Assembly (NCBI GenBank): GCA_951406725.2
Contig: OX597818.1
Location: forward strand, 53,940,001 to 54,004,000
DNA: 64,000 bases
DNA from: Octopus vulgaris
Taxonomy: Eukaryota
Reading direction: 5' to 3'
Made by a program: the position numbers and the translations under genes. Below are positions 61,865-64,000 of the stretch, in pieces. Positions within the stretch are counted from its first letter, which is position 1; every line of letters starts with the position of its first letter. The notes under the pieces are model-generated. The model did no database searches, was not told the origin of the DNA, and saw only the letters and a list, made by a program, of their open reading frames with translations.

Positions 61865-62150
61865 ATAATAATAAAAACATTGTGTACAGTGCTCAGGTGC
61901 ACTACAACTCATCTAAAGTGTATGTATAATCAGGTGTGGTTTCGGCGGATATCGGAAAGCATGAGGGCCTTAAAGGATGCAGTGTCATGGCAGTCAACAA
62001 CTGACGCAGGCAGTTTGTTCCATGCTTCAGCAACTCTGAGCGTGAAAAAATGTTTCTGAAAGTCATGGGAGCTGTGTTGTTTTCTGACTTTGTAGGCATG
62101 TCCACGTGTGTTAGACACATGGAGATCAAAAAGGTGTTCAGTGTTGTCCT
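61865..62150 (-). mobile_element. CR1-clade LINE 3' end; related copy at 22588-22697 (+)
   Basis: SNTRGHAYKVRKQHSSHDFQKHFFTLRVAEAWNKLP; shared 3' end gtgcacctgagcactgtacacaat. Confidence 0.88.
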
Positions 62151-62539
62151 CACATTTCTTTTTGCTGTTATACCTGACTCATTTGACACCAGAGAATTGT
62201 AATGCTATCAGGGCCAGAGCCATGCTACTCAACCTCCTAAATTCTTTTGGATATTTAACCACCTGAGACTACTTTTGGTTTTATGATACAAACCCCTTCT
62301 TTTTAAGTGATTTAAATTAACAGCCTTCCATCAAAATAAAATTCTGCATCATTTTAAAATTTAATTGAAACAAAGGCGCAGGAGTGGCTCTGTGGTAAGT
62401 AGCTTGCTTACGAACCACATGGTTCCGGGTTCAGTCCCACTGCGTGGCACCTTGGGCAAGTGTCTTCTACTATAGCCTCGGGTTGACCAAAGCCTTGTGA
62501 GTGGATTTGGCAGACGGAAACTGAAAGAAGCCCATCGTA

Positions 62540-62589
<50 letters not shown>

Positions 62590-63117
62590 ACTTGCTTACG
62601 AACTACATGGTCCCTGGTTCAGTCCCACTGCGTGGCACCTTGGGCAAGTGTCTTCTACTATAGCCTCAGGTTGACCAAACCCTTGTGAGTGGATTTGGTA
62701 GACGGAAACTAAAAGAAGCCTGTCGTATATATGTATATATATGTGTGTGTGTGTCTGTGTTTGTCCCCCCACCAACATCACTTGACAACCGATGCTGGTG
62801 TGCTTACGTCCCCGTAACTTAGCGGTTCGGCAAAAGGGACCGATAGAATAAGTACAAGGCTGCCAAAGAATAAGTCCTGGGGGTCGATTTGCTCAACTAA
62901 AGGCGGTGCTCCAGCATGGCCACAGTCAGATGACTAAAACAAATAAAAAGAGTAATTATTCACTGGGCGTGCCAATCAAAAAGGTGTGGGTTGTCTATCT
63001 CTATGCTAAACAATGCTTGGCTGATGATATATAATAGGAACGAAACAATCAGAGTTGTCCAACACACCACCAAATATCAAGTCATTGCTCTCTGCATTCT
63101 GTAATTCATTTGATTTA

Positions 63118-63740
63118 TAATAATAATAATAATGAAATTATTGTATACAGTGCTCAGGTGCACCACAACTTGTCAGAAAGTGCATATAAAGTACATGCAG
63201 TAATGTAAAAATGTCTGGAAAGCGAACAATGCATGAGTCAGATACATGCTTGTGTGTGTATGGAGGGCAGAAAATCAGGTGTAGTGTTGGCGAATCTCAG
63301 AAAGCATGGAAGTTTTGAAGGATGCAATGCTCCGACAACTAACAACTGATGCTGGCAGTTTGTTCCATGCTTCAGCAACTCTTAGCATGAAAAAAATGTT
63401 TCCTAAAGTCATGGGAGCTGTGCTGTTTTCTGACTTTGTAAATATGTCCACGGGTGTTAGACAGGTGGAGTTTGAAAAGGTGCTCAGAGTTATTGTTAGT
63501 ACGATGGTTGATAATTTTATGGGTGTCTGCCAAGTCAGCTGCCAGACGTCGGAGTTTCAATGTGTCCATGCCCAGGGAAGTAAGGCGTTCAGGATATGGC
63601 AAATGCCTGATGGAGGGTATTCTTTTGGTTGCACGTCGCTGAACAGCTTCCAGACGATTGATATCCTGGGCAAGATAGGGGTTCCAGACCGGTGATGCAA
63701 ATTCCAGATGAGGTCTTACCATAGCTATATAAAGCCGCAG
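63118..63740 (-). mobile_element. CR1-clade LINE 3' end
   Basis: VRPHLEFASPVWNPYLAQDINRLEAVQRRATKRIP...YPERL...TRGH...RKHFF; (ATT)n tail. Confidence 0.92.
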
Positions 63741-64000
63741 GGGTTGTCTCCCCTATCTTTCTTGATTATTTATTCCGGCAGATTTTTTTCTGATTGCTGA
63801 GGGTTTGGTTTTAAAAATAAATAGACTACTTAATTATTTATTTTAGGCAAAATTATGCCGCTGGCGGTTGAGTTATGGCTTAAAAGTTTGTAATGAACCA
63901 TAAGAAGTACATATATGACCGAAACAATGATTACTTTCGGTAAATTTTTATTATTATACCCAAGGTGTATCTACTAATGTTTGGACGAGCTTCAAATGGG

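Noticed and set aside
63015-63060. CTGATGA...GAAA...TC hammerhead-like string
   Set aside because: Stems I and II do not pair convincingly; the same applies to 17725-17755 and 58474-58495.

Overview
AT-rich, microsatellite- and retroelement-dense animal DNA. The repeat families suggest an octopus or other coleoid cephalopod (inference only). Three spliced genes can be assembled by hand. (1) The first coding exon of PIH1D2 lies on the - strand at 5146-5352; the rest of the gene probably lies left of the window. (2) NKAPD1/C11orf57 is complete on + (4 coding exons, 17525-32932, 339 aa) and is transcribed divergently from PIH1D2, the same head-to-head pairing as in human. (3) RSPH1 is complete on - (7 exons, 56991-38988, 302 aa, MORN repeats). 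Both cilia-related genes have an RFX X-box with forkhead-type sites at their 5' ends. Introns contain three tRNA-headed SINE families, fragments of RTE, CR1-like and R4/Dong-like LINEs, Tc1, Tigger, hAT and piggyBac-type elements, a TSD-flanked 18S rRNA retrocopy and several long palindromes. The most notable unannotated signal is five type I hammerhead ribozyme motifs from four dissimilar Penelope/retrozyme-like repeats: one has an intact core and extended stems, one pair shows stem II covariation, and one is attached to a tRNA-like head. All coordinates were counted by eye, and family names come from recalled consensus motifs rather than database searches.
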